Positions 38,104 to 47,374 of a DNA stretch of 64,000 bases are shown in pieces. Below the pieces are notes generated by a model, which searched no databases, was not told the DNA's origin, and saw nothing but the letters and a program-made list of their open reading frames with translations. How positions within the stretch are numbered: position 1 is the first letter of the stretch; every line of letters starts with the position of its first letter. The stretch spans positions 2,080,001-2,144,000 of the forward strand of contig OZ245777.1 in NCBI GenBank assembly GCA_965227775.1. The letters run 5' to 3'. This stretch comes from Phycisphaerales bacterium. GTDB lineage: Bacteria > Planctomycetota > Phycisphaerae > Phycisphaerales > UBA1924. The position numbers and the translations under genes were made by a program.

Positions 38104-39635
38104 GATTCCTCGCGTTTCTGCCCGTCCTTCGATACCTCGGCCGAAGCGTCTTGGTCCTTGGGGACTTCCGCCAGTCGCGATTGTAGGGTTTCTTCTCCGA
38201 GCGATTGGACTGCCGAACGGCACAACTGCGAGGCCGCCGACCCCTGCCTGGAGGCCGATGGCGACGGGGCTGCAGTGGCAATGTCGGCCAGCTTGATCCG
38301 GTCTGCGGGCTTGGAGAGGGTGAAACCGCCGCCGTTGTCGAGTTGCTTGACGATTCCGCCGCGTTGCAGGGCCTCGATGATCCGCGTGCACTGGTCGTTG
38401 GCCAATGCCAATTCGTCCGCGACATCGGAGGTCCGAGCGCCCTGGCCGATCACGAATCGTCTGCCGATCGCGGTCGCGGCGTCGATGAGCACGCCCGGCC
38501 CGGCGAGCATCAGGGAAGACTCGTCGGCGTCTTCGTCCTGTTCGATGCCGTCCTCGAGCATCTGCACGCCGTACGCGACCTGCAGCCCGAACAGGATGAT
38601 GAGCCACGTCAGGAACACCCACAGCATAAAGATGGGAATGAGCGCAAGCGAGCCGTAGAGCGTGGCGTATGTCGAGTTGGTCGAAAAGCCGAGGTATTGC
38701 GTGAAGCCCCACTTGGCCGCCTCCCAGCCGACGGCAGCCACGGTGGCGCCCGCAAGGGTTGGGCGCAGTCGAAGGCGGCGGTTGGGCAGGATCATGTACG
38801 CCAGGGTCAGCAGACTGGTGCTGATAGCCACGGTCACGAAGAATCCGGCGGCGCCGACGATGAAGCGGCCGAACGCGTCGCCCTCGCCGGCCATGGCCTT
38901 AATCCATTCTCGGAATTGCACGCTAACGAGGAACGTCAGCGCGATGAGGATGGCGCCGAGCGTCATGAGCGTCCAGTACTGCGTGATGCGGCGGGTCCAA
39001 CTTCGTCCCGATTTGGCGCGGCAAACCTGGTTGAAGCAGCGTTCGACCTCGACCACCATCGCGAGTGCGGCGTAGATCAGTACGAGCCCGCCAACAAGCC
39101 CGATGGCGTCAAATCTCACCGAGCCGAACTTGTCGACCCAGATCTGCAAGAGCCCTTCGAGGCTGTCAGGGGTTGACCCCGCCGACTCGGAATCACCAGC
39201 ACCGTCTAGGCCCTGCTCCTGGGCATCCTCCGGTGCGGCCACCATTGCCAACGCCGCGTGCATGCGCAGCGATGAGGTGAACGGGCCGGGCATCATGAGC
39301 ACGCCCGCGGGCGAAGGTTGCACGGTCGCATCGTTGCCTTGGTCGTTGGGCGTGGTCTTGCTGACTTCTGCCTCGATCACTTCCGCGATGCCAGTGAACT
39401 GGAGGGCCTGCTCCATTAGGCGCTTCAGGTCGTCGTCGCCTACGAACATCCGCACGATGACCAGGGCGACGATGCTGATCGGAAGCAGCCCGAACAGCGT
39501 GCGGTAGGCGAGTGCGGCGGCCATCTGTGGCAAGCGGCTCTTCAGGAGCGAGCGCAACGCCATCCGGCTGACGTACGTTGCGCGGGCCATCTCTTCGCTG
39601 CTGGGCAAACGCAGCCAGTCGGGCAATCCAGACAT
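38100..39635 (-). CDS. YihY/virulence factor BrkB family membrane protein with a C-terminal winged-helix domain
   Basis: AAALAYRTLFGLLP, VERCFNQV, YMILPN and YGSLALIPIFMLWVFLTWLIILFG. The C-terminal LQRGGIV...GGFTLSKPADRIKLADI is Rrf2-like. Confidence 0.88.
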   Translation of the reverse strand: MSGLPDWLRLPSSEEMARATYVSRMALRSLLKSRLPQMAAALAYRTLFGLLPISIVALVIVRMFVGDDDLKRLMEQALQFTGIAEVIEAEVSKTTPNDQGNDATVQPSPAGVLMMPGPFTSSLRMHAALAMVAAPEDAQEQGLDGAGDSESAGSTPDSLEGLLQIWVDKFGSVRFDAIGLVGGLVLIYAALAMVVEVERCFNQVCRAKSGRSWTRRITQYWTLMTLGAILIALTFLVSVQFREWIKAMAGEGDAFGRFIVGAAGFFVTVAISTSLLTLAYMILPNRRLRLRPTLAGATVAAVGWEAAKWGFTQYLGFSTNSTYATLYGSLALIPIFMLWVFLTWLIILFGLQVAYGVQMLEDGIEQDEDADESSLMLAGPGVLIDAATAIGRRFVIGQGARTSDVADELALANDQCTRIIEALQRGGIVKQLDNGGGFTLSKPADRIKLADIATAAPSPSASRQGSAASQLCRSAVQSLGEETLQSRLAEVPKDQDASAEVSKDGQKREES

Positions 39636-39638
39636 GGG

Positions 39639-40481
39639 CTACGACCTCCCCGTTCGCGGCTTGCTTGGCGGGCCGCGTCGTCCGCTCTCGAGCAAGCCAA
39701 CGGCCTTCTTGAGGGCCTTGAGCTCGCTGGGGCGGATGTCGCGCCAGTGGCCGCGACGGAGGTCGGCGAGTTTGACCGGACCGATGGCGACACGCTCGAG
39801 CTTGCGGACCGGGCAGCCGACCCTCGCCAACACGCGGCGGACTTCGCGGTTGCGCCCTTCGGTGAGCGTGATCTCGAGGTGGGCCCGGTCACGCAGTTGC
39901 TTCGTCACCGTGACCTGCACTGGCTGCGTGCGTTCGGCGCCCCTGGTCTTGCCTTGCGTGCGGTGGGCCAGTACGACGCCGCGCTCGAGGTCGGCCAAAC
40001 TCTCCTTGGTCATCGCGCCGCTGACGATGGCCCGGTAGGTCTTGGGGATCTCGAACCTCGGATGGGCCAGGCGATTGGCGAGTTCGCCGTCATTGGTGAG
40101 GATGAGCAGGCCGGTGGTGTCGTAGTCGAGCCGGCCGACTGGAAAGAGCCTCGGGGCCAGCGGGTGCTGCACGATGTCGAGAACGGTGCGGCGATCCATG
40201 CCCGGCTCGTCGGCTGCAGTCGTGAGCGTTGCTGTTGGCTTGTTCAGCAGTACCGTGACCGTGGCATCGGGTGTACGGATGCGGCGGCCATTGACCCGGA
40301 TATCGTCTCGAAGGGGATCGGCAAACGACGGCAGGTCGGTGACGATCTGCCCGTTGACCTCGACGTGCCCTTCACGAATGAGCTGCTCGCACGCGCGGCG
40401 GCTAGCGACGCCAGCATCCGCGAGCACGCGATGCAGACGGTCTTGTCCCTTTGGGGCGGCGGTAGAGTCGGGCTGGGGCAC
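39639..40481 (-). CDS. rRNA pseudouridine synthase (RsuA/RluB family)
   Basis: S4 domain (LADAGVASRRACE), LNKP, VGRLDYDTTGLLILTNDG and EGRNREVRR. Confidence 0.95.
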   Translation of the reverse strand: MPQPDSTAAPKGQDRLHRVLADAGVASRRACEQLIREGHVEVNGQIVTDLPSFADPLRDDIRVNGRRIRTPDATVTVLLNKPTATLTTAADEPGMDRRTVLDIVQHPLAPRLFPVGRLDYDTTGLLILTNDGELANRLAHPRFEIPKTYRAIVSGAMTKESLADLERGVVLAHRTQGKTRGAERTQPVQVTVTKQLRDRAHLEITLTEGRNREVRRVLARVGCPVRKLERVAIGPVKLADLRRGHWRDIRPSELKALKKAVGLLESGRRGPPSKPRTGRS

Positions 40482-40741
40482 GCCGGATAGTACGCGAGCG
40501 TCGCCCCTGATCGGGATTGGTGGTGGTTAGGCCGGCGTCGATTCGGACCAGACGGCCAACTCGTCGATCACGCAGCGGGCGAGCGAGAGCGGCTCGAGTG
40601 CATTCCTCATCACTCGAAGCGCCGTTCCCCTGCATCTTCGCAGAAGATGCGTGTGATCGCACCGAGCCGTTGATCGATTCTGGCGCGTTCCTTCGCGCCG
40701 ATACTCGGCGACGCCGAATTGCGTCGATTTCACTACGTGCA

Positions 40742-40773
40742 ATGGCCCGCCCCAGGGAGAAAGGGCGGGCCAT
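40742..40773. terminator. Stem-loop downstream of the dockerin-anchored protein gene
   Basis: ATGGCCCGCCC...GGGCGGGCCAT inverted repeat with no clear U tract. Confidence 0.45.
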
Positions 40774-40807
40774 CGCGGATAGGAAGACACTCTGTGCGTT
40801 GAGCTGC

Positions 40808-41599
40808 TCAGCAGCCCGCGTCGAACTCGTTCTGGAAGGCCAGGAAGTCGAAGAGCGTGAGGCTGCCGTCGCCGTCGAAGTCGGCTGCGAGGTCGCCGGC
40901 GTCGAAGGCGTTCTGAAAGGCCAGGAAGTCGAAGAGCGTAAGCGAACCGTCGCCGTCGAAATCGGCTCGGCAACCGCTGCCGGTGCCAAACTCGATGTCA
41001 TCAATCAAGATACGCGGCAGGCTGAACTCGCTGCCGAACGTGGCGTAGAGGTGCAGTTCGTCAAACTCGACGCCTGAGATCGAGAGCTCGCCCAGCGCGA
41101 TGCTGTCGCGTCCGCCACCATCACGGATGGTGATCGTGTCAGAGCTGCCCACGACCTCGCCCAGTCGGATGGCGTCAAGGTGGAAGACGATGCCGCCCCA
41201 CGGGCCGTCCTGGTAATAGGCGATGTCCATGGTGACGCTCGTCTGGTCTTCGTCGAGCACGATCGTCGCGGAGGAGATGCGACCGATCGAGAGGTTCTCA
41301 CCCGGCACGAACGCGTTGGCGAAGGTGAGAGCGTTCACTGGGCTGCCCCAGGCCGGGAAGTCGTTGTAGAAGAATGTCGCGTCTTCGATAACGACCTCGT
41401 CAAACTCCTGCGGTCCGAAGACCGAGCCGTCCGGGAACACGCCAGAGACCTGGTTGATGTCCTGGAAGAACATGCCCGCATACTCGAACGTCGAGCCCTG
41501 GAAGCCCTCGGCAAGGTCTTCGAAGTCGACGGTTTGCGCGAGTGCGGCGGTAGGGGCTGCGAGCAGGGTGGCAATGGCTGCGGTGCAAATCTTGGTCAT
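40808..41599 (-). CDS. Exported protein with a C-terminal GC-type dockerin domain
   Basis: Signal peptide ending ALA. Duplicated C-terminal CRADFDGDGSLTLFDFLAFQNAFDAG...ADFDGDGSLTLFDFLAFQNEFDAGC. GGAGG SD. Confidence 0.88.
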   Translation of the reverse strand: MTKICTAAIATLLAAPTAALAQTVDFEDLAEGFQGSTFEYAGMFFQDINQVSGVFPDGSVFGPQEFDEVVIEDATFFYNDFPAWGSPVNALTFANAFVPGENLSIGRISSATIVLDEDQTSVTMDIAYYQDGPWGGIVFHLDAIRLGEVVGSSDTITIRDGGGRDSIALGELSISGVEFDELHLYATFGSEFSLPRILIDDIEFGTGSGCRADFDGDGSLTLFDFLAFQNAFDAGDLAADFDGDGSLTLFDFLAFQNEFDAGC

Positions 41600-41652
41600 T
41601 TCGAGCCTCCGGTGGTGTGCGAATCGGCCCCCAGGGTGATGAGAATTGATGG

Positions 41653-42870
41653 TCAAGCCTTCGGCCATTCCGCAGGCTCGGGGAGTTCGTGTCGGATCAT
41701 CACCGAGGTCGACAGTGGCGGGTAAGCCATCCGGACCCGGTAGAGATCGAATTCGTTTGCATCCCAACCGCAGCGGGCGAACGCGTCGCGCAGCAGCGTC
41801 GCGTATCCAGGCGCGTCGGGCGTGTGCACGCGATCCAATCCACGGCCGAGCCGTTGGATCTTCTCGGGCACGCGAAGCTGGTCGCGCTCGTCGTGGGTAT
41901 AAGGACGGCCGAGCTCGCCGAAGACGCACAACTCGCGCTGGACTTCGCCGAACAGCTCCTTATGAACGAAGTGGTCGTAAACCAGCATCTCGGCGGGCGT
42001 AGAAACGCCCGTGCCGAAGTGGGCGCGCTGGCCGGGTTCTGTGGCGCTCGCGGGTGCAAGATCTCGGATGATCTCGCCAGTCGTGAGCGTGAGTTGTCCG
42101 GCCTGCCCGATCCGCCCCGGCAAGATATCGTCGATGACCACTGGCGGCTCACCGTCTCGGCGCTCGAGCGCTGGCAGCGGGTCGCTGGTGAACGCGCCCA
42201 TGACCGGGACGCCGCCGGCTTTGCGTGCGGTCTCGGGGTCGAGCGGCTCGCGCACGGGGAGGCCGGCCTCTTCGCCACTCCCGGTCACCGTGCCCTGACC
42301 GATCATCCAGCGTGTATCCGGTCGCATGCGCCGAAAGTCGATCAGGCTTCGGACCTGGGCGATATCGAGCCAGCCCGGCTTGGTCTTCGAAGGCGCCAGC
42401 ATGGTGAACGCCGCGATCGTGCGCGCCTGGACGCCCCAGATGTAGCCATTGCCCTCGAATGCGCGTTGACGCCAGCGAACGTCGATTTCTTCGCTCGGTT
42501 CCTCGACGCAGGATTCGAGCAGCATGTCCATCGCCGTGCGGCTGCCGGCGTGCGTTTCGACGAGGCGCTCGAATCGGGTCGACTCGTCCGTGACGCGATC
42601 GAGCAGAGCCGCATCGACGCCGCGTTCGGCGGCCGAGCGAACCCACGTCTCGATGCCCTTGGGCGTTGGCATGTACCTGGCGGCGTGGAACGGATCGTCT
42701 GCGTACGCGACCTTTGTGAGTTGCCAGGCGAGCTTGCGATGGATGCCGAAGCCCTCGCATACCTCCGGCAGGCCGATGGACGAGCCGCACTTCGACTCGA
42801 TGACCTCAGCGAACAGGTCGCGGATCTCGGCGACAACAGCGGTCGTCTCGTCTTGGAACGTGGCCGGCAT
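41653..42870 (-). CDS. Hypothetical cytoplasmic protein with a possible N-terminal HTH
   Basis: 405-aa ORF with coding-like codon bias. LPEVCEGFGIHRKLAWQL resembles an HTH. Confidence 0.7.
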   Translation of the reverse strand: MPATFQDETTAVVAEIRDLFAEVIESKCGSSIGLPEVCEGFGIHRKLAWQLTKVAYADDPFHAARYMPTPKGIETWVRSAAERGVDAALLDRVTDESTRFERLVETHAGSRTAMDMLLESCVEEPSEEIDVRWRQRAFEGNGYIWGVQARTIAAFTMLAPSKTKPGWLDIAQVRSLIDFRRMRPDTRWMIGQGTVTGSGEEAGLPVREPLDPETARKAGGVPVMGAFTSDPLPALERRDGEPPVVIDDILPGRIGQAGQLTLTTGEIIRDLAPASATEPGQRAHFGTGVSTPAEMLVYDHFVHKELFGEVQRELCVFGELGRPYTHDERDQLRVPEKIQRLGRGLDRVHTPDAPGYATLLRDAFARCGWDANEFDLYRVRMAYPPLSTSVMIRHELPEPAEWPKA

Positions 42871-42975
42871 CGCTACAGGATACCGAGGACTGCAAGTGTT
42901 TCAAATAGAGTTTCTGAAACTTAATCAAAGTTTTTGTTATCGGGCATATGCTGTCGTGATGTCGCCGGGCAACGC

Positions 42976-43000
42976 AAAAGCCCCGCCTTGGGCGGGGCTT
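42976..43000 (-). terminator. Rho-independent terminator of the (displaced) tRNA-Ser
   Basis: Minus strand AAGCCCCGCC-CAA-GGCGGGGC-TTTT, immediately 3' of the tRNA 3'-end fragment. Confidence 0.8.
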
Positions 43001-43005
43001 GCACG

Positions 43006-43027
43006 AAGCGGAGAGGGGGGGATTCGA
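43006..43027 (-). repeat. tRNA-Ser 3'-end fragment, att core copy 1 (distal island boundary)
   Basis: Minus strand (T)TCGAATCCCCCCCTCTCCGC = T-loop, T-stem, acceptor strand and G discriminator. The 5' part of the tRNA is absent. Confidence 0.85.
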
Positions 43028-43142
43028 AGCGAGGTGATCTCTGGATCGGCCTTGAAGCCCCGCAAATGCGGTTCGTGTAACTAGCAACGGCATTTGTGCA
43101 TTCTGGCAGATATCCGCCCTTGGCCGATTTGTGCCGATCTCA

Positions 43143-43179
43143 AGGCGCGGATTTGGAGCTCATCTTGGAACTCAGGGCG
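43143..43179. repeat. 37-bp att-linked motif, copy 1 (putative integrase arm sites, TGGA(A/G)CTCA x2)
   Basis: AGGCGCGGATTTGGAGCTCATCTTGGAACTCAGGGCG is 34/37 identical to 53209-53245. Confidence 0.75.
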
Positions 43180-43453
43180 GAACGCTGCTGTGGGCCTACC
43201 GATTCTCCCGGACACAGATAGACCCCGACAGCCTAACCGGATCGCAGCCAATTTGGAATTCGGTGCAGGTTAGTGACCGACCTGTTCTTGCAGGCCGGGT
43301 CAGTTGTTCAACTTGCGAGTCCCTGCGGGCAACTCACTCGAGCTGCTGGATTTTGACATATGGCTCGATGGAGCTGACGACTCAGGGCTGAGCGCAATGA
43401 AAGAAACCCGGGCACTGCCCGGGGCCTTGTGGTTGACTGAGGTGGTCGGTTGC

Positions 43454-45727
43454 TTACTTGCGACGTTGCGCCCCTGAGTGGTTTGCGAAGTGACCAAGCA
43501 GGCCTATCTGCTCAGCGGTGAATCCCTCTGCCCTGAGCCACTCGCGAATTGCGGGGTCGATCTTGTGGCCCTGATTCTGGCCCGACTGGTGCTGCCTGAT
43601 GAAGTCGACAGCTTCAAGAGCGAACTGGAGCTTCTTGCGCTGGATGCCCACCGCCACGAGTTGGTCGGCAAGACGGTTGCGCTGGTCAACAGCGCGGCGC
43701 TCGGCGGCGGCGAGATCCGCTTGGGTCTGCCGGAAGTTTTGGTCGGCCTTCTGCGCCAGACGGCTGCTCAACAGGCTGGCGGCTGAATCCATGTCGCCGA
43801 CGTGCACAGCGCGCTCCGCTTGCCGCAGCAGATCTTCGGCTTGCGCCATCTGTCTCGCGTAGACCTCGATGAGTTGCTGTAACTCGGCGATCCGCGCTTC
43901 GGCCTGGTTGCCTGGCGCCTGGTCCCGTTCGGTCGCTTCGGCCACGTACTCGAAGACTTCCGCAAAATTGTCCGCTGGCTGGCTTGGCCGCGTCGCGGTG
44001 TCCTGAGCGGCGATGGCCTGCTTGTACTGGCGCAAGCTCTCGGCCACGGCGTCAACTTCGGCGCTCATTTGGCTGTTCCGGCTGGCGAGGGCCTCCAGAC
44101 TGGCCTTGCGAGCCGCGAGCGATGCGAGGTGGTCCTGTTGCACTACATACTCTCGTTCGAGCGCAGCCAGGCTTTCCTGGTGCTGACTCCGAGCGAGGGC
44201 CTGGGTTTCGGCGTGGAGTCTCTGAGCGTGATCGACGTGGATCTCAAGCTCTTGCTTGAACTGGGCGATCCTCTGCCGGCCCTCGGCCGCGGTGATCTCG
44301 CCAGCGTCGACGGCCGCGCGAATATTGCCGCAGGCCTCTTCGGTCTTGGCGGCCAGACGCCTGTGCAGTTCGGCGAGTTCGTGTGCCTCGGTGACATGGC
44401 GGCGTGTGATCTGACCACTGGTTGACGCACTGTGCCGCCGGTCAGTCCGGGGTGGCTCTGTCAATTCGGTCACCACCCTGGGGTCGCGGCGCGTTGTGCT
44501 GAGCTGAGACACGGGTTGCCGGCGCGAGAGTTGCCCGGCTACGGCCGCGCGCTCGAGCTGTTCGTTGAGTGTGGCCATCTGCTGGTCACGTGCGCGTTGG
44601 GCTTCGGTCTCCGTGGCGATAAGCCGCTCGTACAGAGCGCGGACTCGGCTGTCCTCATGTTCGGCAAGGTCGGCGTACTGGTGGAGAATCTCGATGGTCT
44701 TGCGATCCTGGGGACCTTCCTCTGCGCTCAGAGCATGGGCAAGACCCGCGGCGGCGACAACCGTCCCGGCCGCGATGGCGAGGGTGGCCCGCCATGCTGT
44801 CGCGCGATGGGGTGACGTGTGATTGGATCCAACGATGCGTGCGATGCGTGACATGAGTGGTCCTCCGGTTGCGGCCAGTGCGGCCTGGGGAGATGCAATT
44901 CGGATGGTTTCCAGCCGGGCGAGCGCCTCGGCAAAGACTCGGGGGTGAGCAGACGAGCGGACGGCCGCATCGTCGCAGCAGTTCTCGCGTTCGGTGCGGA
45001 TCTGGTTCGAGAGCCACCACGTGACAGGGTGGAAGAACAGGGCGGTCTCGATGACAATCTGGATGGCGTTCAGCAGGTGGTCGTGCCGACGGATGTGAGC
45101 AAGCTCGTGGACGAGCACGGCTTTGAGTTGGTCGGGCGAGAGCGAGGCAAATGCTGACACGGGTACGAGTACGACGGGCGAGATCCAACCCACGACCATC
45201 GGTACGTCGGCCGCGGTACTGCGGAGCATACGGACTCGCGGGCTTACTCGTAGGTCGTGCTTGAGTGCTTCAAACGTGGCGATCCAATTTCTGGTCGGCG
45301 CAGATACCGCTCGCAGCGTCAGACGCCGGATCATCAGGCACTGGAGCGCGAGACGGAACTGCAGTATCACGACGCCCGCGATCCACAGGCCGGCGATGCC
45401 CTGGACAAGCTGGAGCGAGAGCGTTGGTGTTTCCGAAGTAGTCGATTGTGCTAGGGCCGGAGCGATGCCGGTGGGCAGCGGCGGCACTCCAGTGCCAGCG
45501 ACGCTGGCTGGGATGAGGGCGCTCACGAATGTAGCGAGGAAGATCAACGCGCACGATGCCAACGCGAGACACGAGCTGGCGTATCGAGCCGATGCCCTTG
45601 ATTTGTCAATCAGCGCCAGCACGATGGCTGCTACAACGCCCACGGCAGCGCCTTGCCACAAGAAGTGCAGCACGGCGGAGCCGAGCGCGGTTGCCAGAGC
45701 CCCCAAAGACAGGTCCAGGCCCATCAT
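43454..45727 (-). CDS. M56 family metallopeptidase (BlaR1/MecR1-like) with a coiled-coil C-terminus
   Basis: LHFLWQG, PMVVGWISPVVLVP, HELAHIRRHD, FFHPVTWW and ERENCCDD. Confidence 0.92.
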   Translation of the reverse strand: MMGLDLSLGALATALGSAVLHFLWQGAAVGVVAAIVLALIDKSRASARYASSCLALASCALIFLATFVSALIPASVAGTGVPPLPTGIAPALAQSTTSETPTLSLQLVQGIAGLWIAGVVILQFRLALQCLMIRRLTLRAVSAPTRNWIATFEALKHDLRVSPRVRMLRSTAADVPMVVGWISPVVLVPVSAFASLSPDQLKAVLVHELAHIRRHDHLLNAIQIVIETALFFHPVTWWLSNQIRTERENCCDDAAVRSSAHPRVFAEALARLETIRIASPQAALAATGGPLMSRIARIVGSNHTSPHRATAWRATLAIAAGTVVAAAGLAHALSAEEGPQDRKTIEILHQYADLAEHEDSRVRALYERLIATETEAQRARDQQMATLNEQLERAAVAGQLSRRQPVSQLSTTRRDPRVVTELTEPPRTDRRHSASTSGQITRRHVTEAHELAELHRRLAAKTEEACGNIRAAVDAGEITAAEGRQRIAQFKQELEIHVDHAQRLHAETQALARSQHQESLAALEREYVVQQDHLASLAARKASLEALASRNSQMSAEVDAVAESLRQYKQAIAAQDTATRPSQPADNFAEVFEYVAEATERDQAPGNQAEARIAELQQLIEVYARQMAQAEDLLRQAERAVHVGDMDSAASLLSSRLAQKADQNFRQTQADLAAAERRAVDQRNRLADQLVAVGIQRKKLQFALEAVDFIRQHQSGQNQGHKIDPAIREWLRAEGFTAEQIGLLGHFANHSGAQRRK

Positions 45728-46116
45728 GGCTTGTCTCCTTCGAGCTCGTCGAGCATCTTGCGGATTTCGCGGAGCTCTTCGGGTGTTGACTTGCGCATCG
45801 AGAGTGCGCGCAGCACGAGATTCCCGGGCGAGCCGCTGAACGCACGATCAACGAGATCTCCCAGGAGCATGGACTGAGTCTGCTTTTGTGGTCGCGTGGC
45901 CTTAAACAACTGTGGGCGGACGGTGGCGTCCTTTTCCAGCAGGCCCTTCTCGGTCATGATCTGCATGAACTTCAAGATGGTGGTGTAGCCGACCTCCTGT
46001 CGCTCGCTGATTGCGTCGTAGACCTCTCGGACCGTCGCCGAACCGCGCTCCCAAACCACTGCAAGGATGGCCAGCTCGGAATCGGTTGGCTTTCGATCGG
46101 GTGATGGCTTTGCCAT
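45724..46116 (-). CDS. BlaI/MecI/CopY family repressor
   Basis: PTDSELAILAVVWERGSATVREV, YTTILKFMQIMTEKGLL and FSGS. AGGAGG SD. Confidence 0.93.
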   Translation of the reverse strand: MAKPSPDRKPTDSELAILAVVWERGSATVREVYDAISERQEVGYTTILKFMQIMTEKGLLEKDATVRPQLFKATRPQKQTQSMLLGDLVDRAFSGSPGNLVLRALSMRKSTPEELREIRKMLDELEGDKP

Positions 46117-46125
46117 GCGGCCTCC

Positions 46126-46166
46126 TGACGAATATCTTCGTCAATATTACACGAAGAGATTCGTCA
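46126..46166. promoter_or_regulatory. Tandem palindromic operator for the BlaI-like repressor
   Basis: Perfect TGACGAA-TATC-TTCGTCA (46126-46143) and imperfect acACGAA-GAGA-TTCGTCA (46149-46166), directly upstream of the SD. Confidence 0.75.
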
Positions 46167-46193
46167 ATCAAGGCCAGCTCACGAAAAAGATCG

Positions 46194-46520
46194 TCAACCC
46201 GCCAAGCCGTAGCTTTCGGCCAGCCACCTCTCCCACAGTCGCCTGGGCATCGGCTTCTCCGCAGAGAATCGGGCTGTCACCCAAGCGGTCGAACCGACTT
46301 CGAAGCGGTCCGGGTCGTCTTTGGCGAGCCCCTTGGCTTCCGTCATCGATGCTCTGAGCTTGAACATCGCCTTGTAGCGATCACTTTGCGGCCCGGCATA
46401 GAAGAAGGCCTTCTTGCCGCGTTTGAACGACGCCTGGTTGCACGACGTCCCTTCCACGCAGCCCTCGTACGACCGAGCCTGTGAGCACATCGCTTCGGTT
46501 GGGTCTTTTGACTTTGGCAT
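46194..46520 (-). CDS. MmcQ/YjbR-like protein
   Basis: EGTSCNQASFKRGKKAF, MFKL, WVTARF and WLAESY. Confidence 0.65.
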   Translation of the reverse strand: MPKSKDPTEAMCSQARSYEGCVEGTSCNQASFKRGKKAFFYAGPQSDRYKAMFKLRASMTEAKGLAKDDPDRFEVGSTAWVTARFSAEKPMPRRLWERWLAESYGLAG

Positions 46521-46538
46521 AGCGTTTCCTGTCGAGCC

Positions 46539-47015
46539 TTATGAGGACTGGGTGGCCGTTTCAACGAACACTGCGAGCTTGCCAAACGCGGCGATCCAGC
46601 CCTCACGGACGATCGCGCGCAGTTCAATGTCACCGTGAACGCGGGTGTCCGGGATGCCCTCGTGGACGAGCTTGACGAGCGTGCCGCCGTCGACGTCCTT
46701 GAACTCGACTGTCACCACCATTCCCGAATCGCTGCCGTCGGGTCCCGACATGCGGAAGGCCAGCCGATTGGGTAGGTCGTACTCTGTGAGCGTGGCGAAT
46801 CCTGGGATGTCCTGGCCGTGGACGGTCATGTGGTGGTTGTATGAACCGCCGACTTTGGCCTCGACCTCAGAGCGAACGTTGGTGCATTCGGCGCATCCCC
46901 ACCATTTCTGCACTTTGCTGGTCTCGATCCACGCTTCGAACACGCGCTCGCGCGGTGCGTCGTATGTACGCATGACGATGAGCTTGCCGTCCTCAAAGCT
47001 GGTGTGCGTTGACAT
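46539..47015 (-). CDS. SRPBCC (AHSA1-like) domain protein
   Basis: RTYDAPRERVFEAW...KWWG, VTVEFKDVDGGTLVKLVH and GW. Confidence 0.9.
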   Translation of the reverse strand: MSTHTSFEDGKLIVMRTYDAPRERVFEAWIETSKVQKWWGCAECTNVRSEVEAKVGGSYNHHMTVHGQDIPGFATLTEYDLPNRLAFRMSGPDGSDSGMVVTVEFKDVDGGTLVKLVHEGIPDTRVHGDIELRAIVREGWIAAFGKLAVFVETATQSS

Positions 47016-47029
47016 GGTGGTTGCCTCCC

Positions 47030-47374
47030 TCAGGGTTGTGTGCGCTCGTCGGTGTCGCTTTGTTTCTTCAGGTACTCTTCAATGGCATCGAACTGGTCGT
47101 GCCAGAACTGTGCGTAGTAGTCGATCCAGGTTCGCGCCTGTTCGAGCGGTTGTGGGTTCACGCGCAGGCGATGGTGCCGCCCATCACGCGTCCGCGTGAT
47201 GAGCCCGGCTCGCTCGAGCACCTTGACGTGCTTGGAGATTGCTGGTTGGGACAGTGAGTGCCGGCGGCCCAAATCGGTGATGCACTGCTCGCCGCCGGCC
47301 ATCTGTTCGAGCATGTCCCGCCGGGTGGGATCGGCTAGAGCCGAGAAGACGAGATCGAGGTCGCCAAAATGCAT
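47030..47374 (-). CDS. ArsR/SmtB family transcriptional regulator
   Basis: VFSALADPTRRDML and SQPAISKHVKVLERAGLI. Confidence 0.93.
   Translation of the reverse strand: MHFGDLDLVFSALADPTRRDMLEQMAGGEQCITDLGRRHSLSQPAISKHVKVLERAGLITRTRDGRHHRLRVNPQPLEQARTWIDYYAQFWHDQFDAIEEYLKKQSDTDERTQP

Noticed and set aside
40811..40975. Direct nucleotide repeat that could suggest a DGR template/variable pair or a CRISPR
   Set aside because: It is the duplicated dockerin motif within a coding sequence. No reverse transcriptase or spacers are present.
43006..43100. Possible intact tRNA gene
   Set aside because: Only the T-loop-to-discriminator part is present. The adjacent sequence cannot form the 5' T-stem, anticodon arm or D arm. 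The same holds at 53074.
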